DNA of 64,000 nt from an uncultured Actinomycetota bacterium (lineage in GTDB: Bacteria > Actinomycetota > Actinomycetes > Mycobacteriales > SCTD01), in NCBI GenBank assembly GCA_963761655.1, contig CAVXHI010000011.1, positions 544,935-608,934 on the forward strand. Direction: 5' to 3'. The notes beneath the pieces are model-generated. The model was not told the DNA's origin. It saw nothing but the letters and a program-made list of their open reading frames with translations, and did not search any database. This document shows, in pieces, positions 31,992 to 40,656 of this stretch. The position numbers and the translations under genes were made by a program. Numbering within the stretch: position 1 is the stretch's first letter; the number at the start of each line of letters is the position of its first letter.

Positions 31992-32426
31992 TCAGCCGGC
32001 GAAGGGCGAGCCGCCCGCGGGCGGGGTGCCGTACCCGGGGGACGGCGGCGGGGAGAAGGGCGGCTGGCTGACGTACCCGGCCGGGGAGCCGGGACCCGCA
32101 GGTCCGGCGCCGCCACCGGCGGTGAGGTGCTGGTCGATCCGCGCGGTGCTCTCGGCGATGCGGAACAGCAGGGCGATCAGCTCGAGGTAGATGCGGGCGA
32201 ACACCAGGTAGAGCAGGGCGCCGATCGGCACGAGGACCAGCGCGAGGACGGCCGAGCCGGCGCCCTGCGACGCCAGGCTGACGAACACCCCGAGGGCGCC
32301 GAGGCCGATCAGGACCATGACGATCCCGTAGATCACCTTGAGGAAGCGCAAGGTCACGAAGGTGGTGAAGCCGAAGTCGAACAGGCTCGCGAGGAAGCCG
32401 CGTTCCTGGATGCCGGGTGTGCTCAC
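31992..32426 (-). CDS. DUF4282-like membrane protein with Pro/Gly-rich tail
   Basis: GTG 32426 is preceded by GAGAGGAGA. FLASLFDFGFTTFVTLRFLKVIYGIVMVL is typical of DUF4282. Confidence 0.65.
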   Translation of the reverse strand: MSTPGIQERGFLASLFDFGFTTFVTLRFLKVIYGIVMVLIGLGALGVFVSLASQGAGSAVLALVLVPIGALLYLVFARIYLELIALLFRIAESTARIDQHLTAGGGAGPAGPGSPAGYVSQPPFSPPPSPGYGTPPAGGSPFAG

Positions 32427-32534
32427 GGGTCTCCTCTCGCGCCGCGGACGCGGCGACCGGGCGAGACTAGGGGCAGGACGGCGTCGCAGGGCAGAGCCTG
32501 TGGACAGTCCCCGCCCGACCGACCGAGGAGACGT

Positions 32535-32975
32535 GTGACCGCCCCGCAGGACCCGTTCCGGCCGCCCCTCCCGCCCGCCCCCGTGCTCACGGCGACGGAC
32601 GGCTTCGGCAGCGCCCTGCCGCCCCCGGACCGCCCGTACGGCGCGTCGACGACCGCGCCCGGGAGCACCGGCACGACCGTCCTCGTCGTGGGCGCGCTGG
32701 CCCTCCTGCTGTGCTGGACGGTCCTCGGCGGGCTGGTGCTGGGCAGTGCCTCCCTCGTCCTGGCCCGCCGGGCACGCGGGTCGGGTCGGGCGACCGGCGG
32801 CGCGGTCCTCGGCGGGCTCGGCCTGCTCGCCGCCCTCGGGCTCGTCGTCGCCGCCGTCGTGTTCCTGCGCAGCGACAGCGGTCAGCGGCTGCGCGACTGC
32901 CTCGACCGGGCGGAGGGCGACGACCGGGCGCAGTCGCAGTGCGAGCAGGAGCTCCGGGACAGCCTGGCGGGCTGA
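32535..32975 (+). CDS. DUF4190-like small membrane protein
   Basis: GTG 32535 is preceded by GAGGAG. Pro-rich N-terminus, then two hydrophobic helices. Confidence 0.6.
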   Translation: MTAPQDPFRPPLPPAPVLTATDGFGSALPPPDRPYGASTTAPGSTGTTVLVVGALALLLCWTVLGGLVLGSASLVLARRARGSGRATGGAVLGGLGLLAALGLVVAAVVFLRSDSGQRLRDCLDRAEGDDRAQSQCEQELRDSLAG

Positions 32976-32977
32976 GG

Positions 32978-34156
32978 TCAGGCCTGCAGGAGCCGTCCGC
33001 GCAGCCAGGCGGTGGCCGCCGCGGGCACGGCGACCTCGACCGCGACCGCGAGGCCCGTCTGCCACCAGGAGGCCCCGAGGTCGGCCATCCGCCCGCCGCC
33101 CGCGGCCCCCGACGTGACGAGGGCGAGCAGCGCGATCCCGGCCCCGGCCAGCGGACCGCACAGCGCGGCGTCCACGACCGGACGGCGGCCGCCCTGGCGC
33201 CCGACCAGGAGCCCGGCGAGGACACCGGCCAGCACCGGGACGAGGAGCGCGAGCGCGCCGAGCTCGGGGGTCAGCCCGTGCGCGGGGACCGCCGCGGCCA
33301 GCGGCAGGGCGGGCAGCGGCCCGACGTCGTGGGCGAAGGGGCTCAGGCCGGTGCCGGTGCCGAGGGAGAACCCGGTGCCGGCGAACCAGGAGGCGCCCCA
33401 GACGGCGACGTCGGGCACCAGCCCGAGCCCGAGCACGAGCAGCGCGGTGCCTCCGACCACCCCGGGCTGGGTCGACCGGGCGACGTCGGCGGCCCGGCCG
33501 GCGTGCAGCGCGAGCTCGAGGCCGGCCAGCAGGGCGCCCGCGGCGAGCAGCACGGCGACGACGGCGGCAGCGGGCAGGAGGAGCCGCCGCACCGGCTCCG
33601 GCACCGCCCGGTGCAGGGCGCCGTCGAGGGCGGAGGTGCGCACGACGCCGGTGCCGGCACCGAGCAGGGCGACGAGGCTGGTGGCCCCCACCGCGCCGAC
33701 GACCGAGGGCCGCGCCCAGGACGTCCCGCAGGCGGCTGCCACCGCTCCCGCGCCCAGCGCGTAGGGACCCGCGACCGCCGCGGCGAGCAGCCCGGCCCCG
33801 CGCAGGTCGGTGACGCGGTACTGCCGGGCGGCCGTGCTGCCCGCCCGCACGAGCAGGCCGAGGGGCAGCACCAGCAGGCCGAGCGGCAGGAGGGAGAGGT
33901 GCCCGTCGGGCAGCGCCAGGGGGGCGCCGTGGGCCACCAGCCACAGCTGCCCGGCGGCACGGACGGCGTGCCCGGTCCCGGCCGCGGACCGGCCGTCGGT
34001 GGCCCAGACGAGCAGCACCGGGAACCCGACCGCCGCGAGCCCCACGACCAGGGCCCACAGGGCCGCGCCGAAGCCGGCCCGCAGCGGGCTGCCCGACGGC
34101 GGCTCGGCGCGGGGCGGGGTCGGTCGGGGGACGGGGCGCAGGGTGCTGGCAGTCAT
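32978..34156 (-). CDS. perM: polytopic membrane protein, PerM-like (DUF6350)
   Basis: About 392 aa with about 10 hydrophobic segments. Located between sucCD and purN, as perM is in Mycobacterium. ATG 34156. Confidence 0.6.
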   Translation of the reverse strand: MTASTLRPVPRPTPPRAEPPSGSPLRAGFGAALWALVVGLAAVGFPVLLVWATDGRSAAGTGHAVRAAGQLWLVAHGAPLALPDGHLSLLPLGLLVLPLGLLVRAGSTAARQYRVTDLRGAGLLAAAVAGPYALGAGAVAAACGTSWARPSVVGAVGATSLVALLGAGTGVVRTSALDGALHRAVPEPVRRLLLPAAAVVAVLLAAGALLAGLELALHAGRAADVARSTQPGVVGGTALLVLGLGLVPDVAVWGASWFAGTGFSLGTGTGLSPFAHDVGPLPALPLAAAVPAHGLTPELGALALLVPVLAGVLAGLLVGRQGGRRPVVDAALCGPLAGAGIALLALVTSGAAGGGRMADLGASWWQTGLAVAVEVAVPAAATAWLRGRLLQA

Positions 34157-34262
34157 GGCCCCACGACTGTCGCCCTCGGCCAGGCCGGTCCGGGGAGGAC
34201 ACGCCGCAGTCGTGCAACCTCCGGGGCCCGGTGCGCGTGTCCCCGGTGTGGAGACCACGACG

Positions 34263-34769
34263 ATGCCCCGCGGCGGTACACCTGGGTCCGTGACGGACGA
34301 GGGCTTCGACGCGTTCTACGCCGCCCGCGCCGCTGGCCTGGTCCGGCAGCTGCACGCGATGACGGGCGACCTCGGCGAGGCCCAGGACGTCGTGCAGGAG
34401 GCCTTCGCCCGGGCCTGGCAGCGCTGGGACCGGCTGTCCGGGTACGAGGCCCCGGAGGCCTGGGTGCGCACGGTGGCCTGGCGGCTGGCGGTGTCGCGGC
34501 TGCGCCGGGTCACGAGCGGCGCCCGGGCCCTGCGGCGGCACGGTCCGGCGCCCGACGTCCCGGCCCTGTCCCCCGACCGGGTCGCGCTCGTCGCGGCGCT
34601 CGCCCGGGTCCCGGCCGCGCAGCGCCGCGCGGTCGTCCTGCACCACGTCGCCGGGCTGTCCGTGCAGGAGGTCGCCGACGAGACCGGCGTCCCGGTCGGC
34701 ACCGTCAAGGCCCGCCTGTCGCGGGGGCGCACCGCCCTCGCCGCCCTGCTCACCGAGGAGACCTCGTGA
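34263..34769 (+). CDS. ECF-type (SigE-family) RNA polymerase sigma factor
   Basis: FDAFYAARAAGLVRQLHAMTGDLGEAQDVVQEAFARAW..PEAWVRTVA and HTH SVQEVADETGVPVGTVKARLSRGR. The start is ATG 34263 or GTG 34290. Confidence 0.8.
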   Translation: MPRGGTPGSVTDEGFDAFYAARAAGLVRQLHAMTGDLGEAQDVVQEAFARAWQRWDRLSGYEAPEAWVRTVAWRLAVSRLRRVTSGARALRRHGPAPDVPALSPDRVALVAALARVPAAQRRAVVLHHVAGLSVQEVADETGVPVGTVKARLSRGRTALAALLTEETS

Positions 34770-35743
34770 ACGACCCGCTGGACGACCGGCTCGCCGCCCT
34801 CGGGGACGGGCCCGTGCCGCCGCTCGCCCCGGCGTCGGACCTGCGGGCCCGGGGCGCCCGACGCCGGACGCGGGCCCGGGCCGCCCTCGGCGGAGGCGCC
34901 GCCGTCGTCGTGCTGCTGGCCGGGGGCGGTGCCTACGCCGCGCTGTCCGGACCGCCCGAGCAGCTCGACACCGCCTCCCCGACGCCGTCGCCCTCGCCGA
35001 CGCCCTCTGACGCCTACCCCTCCTGCCCGACCGCGCCCGTCACGGAGCCGGTGGTCTGCTACGGCGGCAGCTACGAGACGGGCGTGCCGACGCCGACGCC
35101 CCGTCCGGGCAAGCCCGCGGTGTCGGCACCGCCTGCGACCGCCGCGCCCTCCACCCCGGACAGCCCCATGCCGAGCCCCTCAGCCAGGCCTGCGCGGAGC
35201 CTGACAAAAGGTGTCCTGACCCTCCAGGACGCCGACGCCGCCGAGCCCGGAGACTGGACCTTCTCCGGCAACGCCGACGAGGGCCCCGTGCTCGACCCCT
35301 GCCCGGGCGGCACCCGGTACCCCCGTGACGCCGACCGCACGGCCGACGCCTCCACGATCCTCACCGCGAAGCGCGAGGCCGGTGGCACGCAGGTGCTGCA
35401 GCAGGTCGCCCGGTACCCCTCGTCCGACGTCGCCCAGGACGCCGCCGCCGGCTACGTGCGCGCGGTCCGCGGCTGCCCCAGCACGACGGACGAGGGCACG
35501 ACGACCACCTACGAGGTCGTGCGGGTGACGACGGCCGGTCCGACGACGACCTACGTGCGGCAGGCGACGACCACCGGCGACGGGTACCTCGGCACGGCCC
35601 AGTACTACGCGGTCCAGCAGCTGGGCGACGTCGTCAGCGTCCTCGTGGTCGGGCACGGGGAGGACGGCGACCCCGGCGTACGGGTCGCCGAACCGTTCGC
35701 AGCACGGGCTGCCGCCCGGCTGGAGCGCGCCACCACCGGCTGA
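34766..35743 (+). CDS. single-pass membrane protein coupled to the sigma gene (putative anti-sigma-like partner)
   Basis: GTGA overlap. N-terminal 40 aa, then TM GGGAAVVVLLAGGGAYAAL, a Pro/Ser/Thr linker and a roughly 180-aa extracytoplasmic domain. Confidence 0.65.
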   Translation: MNDPLDDRLAALGDGPVPPLAPASDLRARGARRRTRARAALGGGAAVVVLLAGGGAYAALSGPPEQLDTASPTPSPSPTPSDAYPSCPTAPVTEPVVCYGGSYETGVPTPTPRPGKPAVSAPPATAAPSTPDSPMPSPSARPARSLTKGVLTLQDADAAEPGDWTFSGNADEGPVLDPCPGGTRYPRDADRTADASTILTAKREAGGTQVLQQVARYPSSDVAQDAAAGYVRAVRGCPSTTDEGTTTTYEVVRVTTAGPTTTYVRQATTTGDGYLGTAQYYAVQQLGDVVSVLVVGHGEDGDPGVRVAEPFAARAAARLERATTG

Positions 35744-35833
35744 CCGGCCGCGCTCTCGAGCGCCCCGCGCCCGCCCCACCCGCACCCGCGGGCCCCGGCC
35801 GCCCGCGCCGCTCCCCCTGCCCGCCCGCCGGCG

Positions 35834-35861
35834 CCCGCCCGCCCCGCCCGCCCCGCCCCCC
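35834..35861 (-). repeat. canonical G-quadruplex / i-motif-forming tract inside a roughly 180-nt C-rich (plus strand) block
   Basis: The plus strand reads CCCGCCCGCCCCGCCCGCCCCGCCCCCC, so the minus strand has six G3+ runs with 1-nt loops. In 35761-35940 I count about 121 C against 43 G. Confidence 0.8.
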
Positions 35862-35933
35862 GGCCTCCCGCACCAGCCCCCACCTGCGCCCACCTGCGCC
35901 CGCACCGCCCCCGGCCTCCCGCACCAGCCCCCG

Positions 35934-36000
35934 CCTGCGCCGAGCGCCGGCGTCTTGCGGCCCGGTACGGCGTGTCGCCGACCACATGCGGAAGATCGCC
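35934..36000 (+). repeat. 67-bp direct repeat, copy 1
   Basis: cctgcgccgagcgCcggcgtcttgcggcccggtacggcgtgtcgccgaccaCatgcggaagatcGcc. 64/67 identical to copy 2. Confidence 0.9.
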
Positions 36001-36076
36001 CAGTCTGAGGCCTGGCTCGGACGGTCGCAGCAGACGACCGGGGGCCTCGGCTGAGTCGCGCGGTCAAGAAGGCCCA

Positions 36077-36143
36077 CCTGCGCCGAGCGTCGGCGTCTTG
36101 CGGCCCGGTACGGCGTGTCGCCGACCAGATGCGGAAGATCACC
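36077..36143 (+). repeat. 67-bp direct repeat, copy 2
   Basis: cctgcgccgagcgTcggcgtcttgcggcccggtacggcgtgtcgccgaccaGatgcggaagatcAcc. Starts 143 nt after the start of copy 1. Confidence 0.9.
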
Positions 36144-36208
36144 GGCAGCAGAGGTCGGACTCGTGCGGCGGAGCCGGGCGGCGAGCCTGCCAGCCGAGCC
36201 GGCCAGCG

Positions 36209-36327
36209 CAGCCCGACCGGAGCCAGCCCGACCGGAGCCAGCCCGACCGGAGCCAGCCCGACCGGGGCCAGCCCGACCGGGTCCAGCCCGACCGGGCCAG
36301 CCCGACCGGGTCCAAGCCCGACCCGTC
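36209..36327 (+). repeat. 15-bp tandem repeat, 8 units (consensus CAGCCCGACCGG[A/G][G/T]C), one unit 14 bp
   Basis: Units start at 36209, 36224, 36239, 36254, 36269, 36284 (14 nt), 36298 and 36313. The first three are identical and later ones progressively diverge. Confidence 0.9.
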
Positions 36328-36415
36328 CAACACCGGGCGCGAGGCCGACCCCCGGACGCGCGACGGCCCGGCACCCCTCGTGAGGGGGGAGCCGGGCCGG
36401 CGGGCCGTGCTGGTC

Positions 36416-37300
36416 CTACAGGGACTTCATGATCTCGCGCATGAGCTCGGCCGTGGCGGACGGCGTCTTGCCGACCTTCACGCCCGCGGCCTCGAGGGCC
36501 TCCTGCTTGGCCTGCGCCGTGCCGGAGGAGCCGGAGACGATGGCGCCGGCGTGGCCCATGGTCTTGCCCTCGGGGGCGGTGAAGCCGGCGACGTAGCCGA
36601 CGACCGGCTTGGTCACGTTGGCCTTGATGTAGTCGGCCGCCCGCTCCTCGGCGTCGCCGCCGATCTCGCCGATCATGACGATCGCGACGGTCTCGGGGTC
36701 GGCCTCGAAGGCCTCGAGGCAGTCGATGTGCGTGGTGCCGATGACGGGGTCGCCACCGATGCCGACGGCGGTGGTGAAGCCGTACTCGCGCAGCTCGTAC
36801 ATCATCTGGTAGGTCAGCGTGCCGGACTTGCTGACCAGGCCGATCTTGCCGGGGGTCGGCGCGATCGTGGCCGGGATGATCCCGGCGTTGCTCGCACCGG
36901 GGCTGATCAGGCCGGGGCAGTTCGGGCCGATGATGCGGGTGCCCTTGCCCTGGCTGTACTGCCAGAACCAGGCGCTGTCCTGCACCGGGATGCCCTCGGT
37001 GATGACGACGGCCAGCGGGATGCCGGCGTCGATCGCCTCGACCACGGCGGCCTTCGCGAACGCCGGCGGGACGAAGATGACGCTGACGTCGGCGCCGGTC
37101 TCCTCCATGGCCTCGGCGACGCCGCCGAAGACCGGGATCGCGGTCCCGTCGATGTCGACGCTCGTGCCGGCCTTGCGCGGGTTCACGCCGCCGACGATCT
37201 GGGTGCCGCCCGCGAGCATGCGCGTCGTGTGCTTCATGCCCTCCGAGCCGGTCATGCCCTGGACGATGACCTTGGAGTCCTTGGTCAGGAAGATGCTCAT
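36416..37300 (-). CDS. sucD: succinate--CoA ligase subunit alpha
   Basis: [40 protein letters not shown] and GHAGAIVSG (the phosphohistidine loop). Confidence 0.95.
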   Translation of the reverse strand: MSIFLTKDSKVIVQGMTGSEGMKHTTRMLAGGTQIVGGVNPRKAGTSVDIDGTAIPVFGGVAEAMEETGADVSVIFVPPAFAKAAVVEAIDAGIPLAVVITEGIPVQDSAWFWQYSQGKGTRIIGPNCPGLISPGASNAGIIPATIAPTPGKIGLVSKSGTLTYQMMYELREYGFTTAVGIGGDPVIGTTHIDCLEAFEADPETVAIVMIGEIGGDAEERAADYIKANVTKPVVGYVAGFTAPEGKTMGHAGAIVSGSSGTAQAKQEALEAAGVKVGKTPSATAELMREIMKSL

Positions 37301-38469
37301 CGGGCTGCTCCAGCGAGCTCGGCGGCCTTGTCGGCCGCGCCGTCCATGGTGTCGACCACGGTGACCAGGGGGTGGTTCGCCTCCGCGAGGATGCGGCGGC
37401 CCTCCTCGACGTTGTTGCCGTCGAGGCGCACGACGAGCGGCTTGCTGGCGGAGTCGCCGAGCATGCCGAGCGCCTGCACGATGCCGTTCGCGACGGCGTC
37501 GCAGGAGGTGATGCCGCCGAAGACGTTGACGAAGATGCTGGCGACGTCGGGGTCGCTGGCGATGATCTCGAGCCCGTCGGCCATGACCTGCGCCGAGGCG
37601 CCGCCGCCGATGTCGAGGAAGTTGGCCGGCTTGACGCCGCCGTGCTTCTCACCGGCGTAGGCCACGACGTCGAGGGTGCTCATGACGAGCCCGGCGCCGT
37701 TGCCGATGATGCCGACCTGGCCGTCGAGCTTGACGTAGTTGAGGCCCTTCTTCTTCGCCCGGCCCTCGAGGTCGTCGTCGGCGACGACGTCGGCGTAGGT
37801 GGTGAAGACGTCGGAGTGCCGGAACTCGGCGTTCTCGTCGAGCGTGACCTTGCCGTCCAGGGCGAGGACCTCGCCGGTGGGCGTGCGCACGAGGGGGTTG
37901 ACCTCGACGAGGGTGGCCTCCTCCTCGACGAACACGGTCCAGAGCTTCTTGAGGACCTCGACGACCTGGTCGCGGACGTCGGGGGCGAACCCGGCGGCGT
38001 CGGCGATCTCCTCGGCCTTGGCCTGGTCGACACCGGTGACGGCGTCGACGGCGACGCGGGCGAGGGCCTCGGGGCGCTCGACGGCGAGCTCCTCGATCTC
38101 CATGCCGCCCTCGACGCTGGCCATCGCCAGGTAGGTGCGGTTCGCGCGGTCGAGCAGGAAGGAGACGTAGTACTCCTTGTCGATGTCCGACGCCTCGGTG
38201 ACGAGGACCTTGCGGACCGGCAGGTCCTTGATCGTCAGCTTCAGGATGTCGGTGGCGCGCGCCTCGGCCTCGTCCGGCGTCGGGCAGTACTTCACGCCGC
38301 CGGCCTTGCCGCGGCCGCCGGCCTTGACCTGGGCCTTGACCATGACGGCCTTGCCGATGCGCTCGGCGGCAGCGCGGGCGTCCGCGGCGTTGTCGACGGT
38401 CTCACCGGCGAACACCGGTACTCCGTGCTTGGCGAAGAGCTCCTTCGCCTGGTACTCCATGAGGTCCAC
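37297..38469 (-). CDS. sucC: ADP-forming succinate--CoA ligase subunit beta
   Basis: GTG 38469 gives [19 protein letters not shown]. Also [16 protein letters not shown] and [10 protein letters not shown]-type [11 protein letters not shown]. The stop overlaps the sucD start. Confidence 0.95.
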   Translation of the reverse strand: MDLMEYQAKELFAKHGVPVFAGETVDNAADARAAAERIGKAVMVKAQVKAGGRGKAGGVKYCPTPDEAEARATDILKLTIKDLPVRKVLVTEASDIDKEYYVSFLLDRANRTYLAMASVEGGMEIEELAVERPEALARVAVDAVTGVDQAKAEEIADAAGFAPDVRDQVVEVLKKLWTVFVEEEATLVEVNPLVRTPTGEVLALDGKVTLDENAEFRHSDVFTTYADVVADDDLEGRAKKKGLNYVKLDGQVGIIGNGAGLVMSTLDVVAYAGEKHGGVKPANFLDIGGGASAQVMADGLEIIASDPDVASIFVNVFGGITSCDAVANGIVQALGMLGDSASKPLVVRLDGNNVEEGRRILAEANHPLVTVVDTMDGAADKAAELAGAAR

Positions 38470-38643
38470 GGGTGGTCCTGTCTGAGGATGATGGGGAGCT
38501 GTCTCCCGGCGAGGGTAGCCACGCTCCCGTGACCGGCCCGAGACCGCCCCGTCGCCCTCCCGCCGGAGCGTGACGCCGGGCACACGAGGCGGTCACACGC
38601 CGTTCACCCTCCAGACACCGGCCCGTAGCCCCACACTGCGCGG

Positions 38644-40656
38644 GTGACCCTCTCCCGCTGGGCCGTCCTGGCCGCCCTCGTCGCCGCACCGCTCGCCGTC
38701 GGCGCCCCTGCCGGCGCTGCCCCTCGTGCCGCCGCCGCGCCCGCCCCGACGACGTTCACCACCGTCCCGCTCACGTTCAGCGTGAAGACCGGCCCGGACG
38801 ACGCCACGACCTGCGAGGTCCTCGGCGACCTGCGCCTCCCGTCGTCGGCGTCGGCGGCGAAGCCCGCGGTGGCACTGCTGAGCACGAACGGCTTCGGCGG
38901 CAGCAAGGACGACAGCGGCACGCAGGGCAACGCCGCGTTCGCGAAGCAGTACGCCGATCGCGGCTACGTGACGCTGTCCTACTCGGGATTGGGCTTCGGG
39001 GGCAGCGGCTGCCTGATCGAGCTGGACGCGCCGGAGTGGGACGGCAAGGTCGCCGACCAGCTGGCCCAGTTCCTCGCCGGCCGCACCGGGCTCGCCACCC
39101 GCACCGACACCGGCCTGCCCTACGCCGTCCCCGGCCTGGTCCGCACGCAGCCCGGCAAGGCCTTCGACCCCGTGGTCGGCATGATCGGCGGCAGCTACGG
39201 CGGCGAGGTCCAGTTCGCGGCGGCGAGCTTCGGCCGCATCGACGCGATCGTCCCGCAGATCACCTGGAACGACCTCAGCTACTCGCTCGCCCCGAACAAC
39301 ACCAGCCAGGTCCGGCCGGCCGCGAACCCGCGGGGCGTCACCTACGCGACGCCGGGCACCGAGAAGGTCGGCTGGACGACGCTGTTCTTCGCGCTCGGCT
39401 TCGCCCAAGACCTCACGAACATGCAGCCCGAGCAGCTGGTCGCCCAGGCGACCGCGGGCGGCCTGTGCCCGAACTTCGACCAGCGGGCCTGCACCGCGAA
39501 GATCGACCTCGACGCCGACGGCGCCCCGGACCCCAGCACGCTCGCCTTCGCCCGCGGCGCCTCGGTGGCGACGTACCTCGACAAGGTGAAGATCCCGGTC
39601 CTGCTGAGCCAGGGGCAGGCCGACACCCTGTTCAACCTGCAGGAGGCCATCGCCACCTACAGCGCCCTGAAGAAGCAGGGCAACGACGTCAAGATGGTCT
39701 GGCAGAGCTGGGGACACAGCGACAGCAGCCCGGTCCCCGGCGAGCTCGACGCCAACCAGCCGGCGCAGGCGACCTTCCTGTCGAAGGTCTACGCCCAGTG
39801 GTTCGACCACTACCTGCTCGGCGTCGGACCGAAGCCCTCGCTCGACACGCAGTACTTCCGCGACTACGTCCCCTACACCGGCACCGACGTCGCCAAGGCC
39901 TACGCCAGCGCCCCGGGCTACCCGGTCGCGCCGACGCAGAAGATGTACCTGTCCGGCACCGACGCCCTCGTCAGCGACCCGAAGGGCGTCGCCGACGGCG
40001 CGGCCCGCTTCGCCAGCGTCGTGCCGGCCGGCCTGCCGAGCAGCTACAGCGAGGTCCCCGTGGCCGCGCAGGACCAGGACGTCTTCGACGCTCCCGGCAC
40101 CTTCGCGCAGTTCACGACGCCGGTCCTCACCCAGGACCTCGACCTCGCCGGGGTCCCGGCCCTGACCGTGCAGCTGTCCTCGACCTCCGCGGCGGCCGCC
40201 TCCGCCGCCGGCCCGGCCGGGCAGCTCGTGCTCTTCGCCAAGCTCTACGACCTCGCTCCGGACGGCACGATCACGCTGCAGCACCGCCTGACGGCGCCGT
40301 CGCGGATCGCCTCGTTCGACCGGCCGGTGCGGCTCGAGCTCCCCGGCGTCGTGCAGCGCGTCCCGAAGGGCCACCGGCTCGCCGTCGTGCTCGCCGCCAG
40401 CGACTCCGACCACCGCGGCAACACCCTCCCGGGCGACGTCACCGTCACGACGAGCAAGGCCGCCCCGGGCGTGCTCGAGCTGCCCGTGACGTCGAGCGGC
40501 TCGCTGGTCGGAGACACCCCGCCCACCGCGGTCCAGCCCGCCCGCCCGGTCGCGGCCCGCCCCGAGCTGCCCCGCACCGGCGGCCCCGCCGCGCTCCCCC
40601 TCGTCGGCGTCGCCCTGCTGGCCGCGGTCGCCGTCGTCCGCCGGCGTCGCGCGTGA
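38644..40656 (+). CDS. secreted CocE/NonD (S15, X-Pro dipeptidyl-peptidase-like) family hydrolase with LPXTG cell-wall sorting signal
   Basis: Signal peptide. Nucleophile elbow GGSYGG in an alpha/beta context (LSTNGFGGSKDD, YSGLGFGGSGC). C-terminal ELPRTGG, a hydrophobic stretch, then RRRRA. Confidence 0.75.
   Translation: MTLSRWAVLAALVAAPLAVGAPAGAAPRAAAAPAPTTFTTVPLTFSVKTGPDDATTCEVLGDLRLPSSASAAKPAVALLSTNGFGGSKDDSGTQGNAAFAKQYADRGYVTLSYSGLGFGGSGCLIELDAPEWDGKVADQLAQFLAGRTGLATRTDTGLPYAVPGLVRTQPGKAFDPVVGMIGGSYGGEVQFAAASFGRIDAIVPQITWNDLSYSLAPNNTSQVRPAANPRGVTYATPGTEKVGWTTLFFALGFAQDLTNMQPEQLVAQATAGGLCPNFDQRACTAKIDLDADGAPDPSTLAFARGASVATYLDKVKIPVLLSQGQADTLFNLQEAIATYSALKKQGNDVKMVWQSWGHSDSSPVPGELDANQPAQATFLSKVYAQWFDHYLLGVGPKPSLDTQYFRDYVPYTGTDVAKAYASAPGYPVAPTQKMYLSGTDALVSDPKGVADGAARFASVVPAGLPSSYSEVPVAAQDQDVFDAPGTFAQFTTPVLTQDLDLAGVPALTVQLSSTSAAAASAAGPAGQLVLFAKLYDLAPDGTITLQHRLTAPSRIASFDRPVRLELPGVVQRVPKGHRLAVVLAASDSDHRGNTLPGDVTVTTSKAAPGVLELPVTSSGSLVGDTPPTAVQPARPVAARPELPRTGGPAALPLVGVALLAAVAVVRRRRA

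Noticed and set aside
35934-36327. Whether the 67-bp direct repeats and the 15-bp tandem array could be a CRISPR array.
   Set aside because: There are only two 67-bp copies, the 15-bp units are head-to-tail without spacers, there is no cas gene in the window, and the repeat lengths are outside the CRISPR range.
36139-36333. A minus-strand 64-aa ORF (MLDGSGLDPVGLARSGWTRSGWPRSGWLRSGWLRSGWLRSGCAGRLGWQARRPAPPHESDLCCR) overlapping the minisatellite.
   Set aside because: Its high third-position GC is largely a by-product of the repeat itself. It has a TTG start with no convincing RBS, and the sequence is low-complexity. It is mentioned in a finding but not called as a gene.
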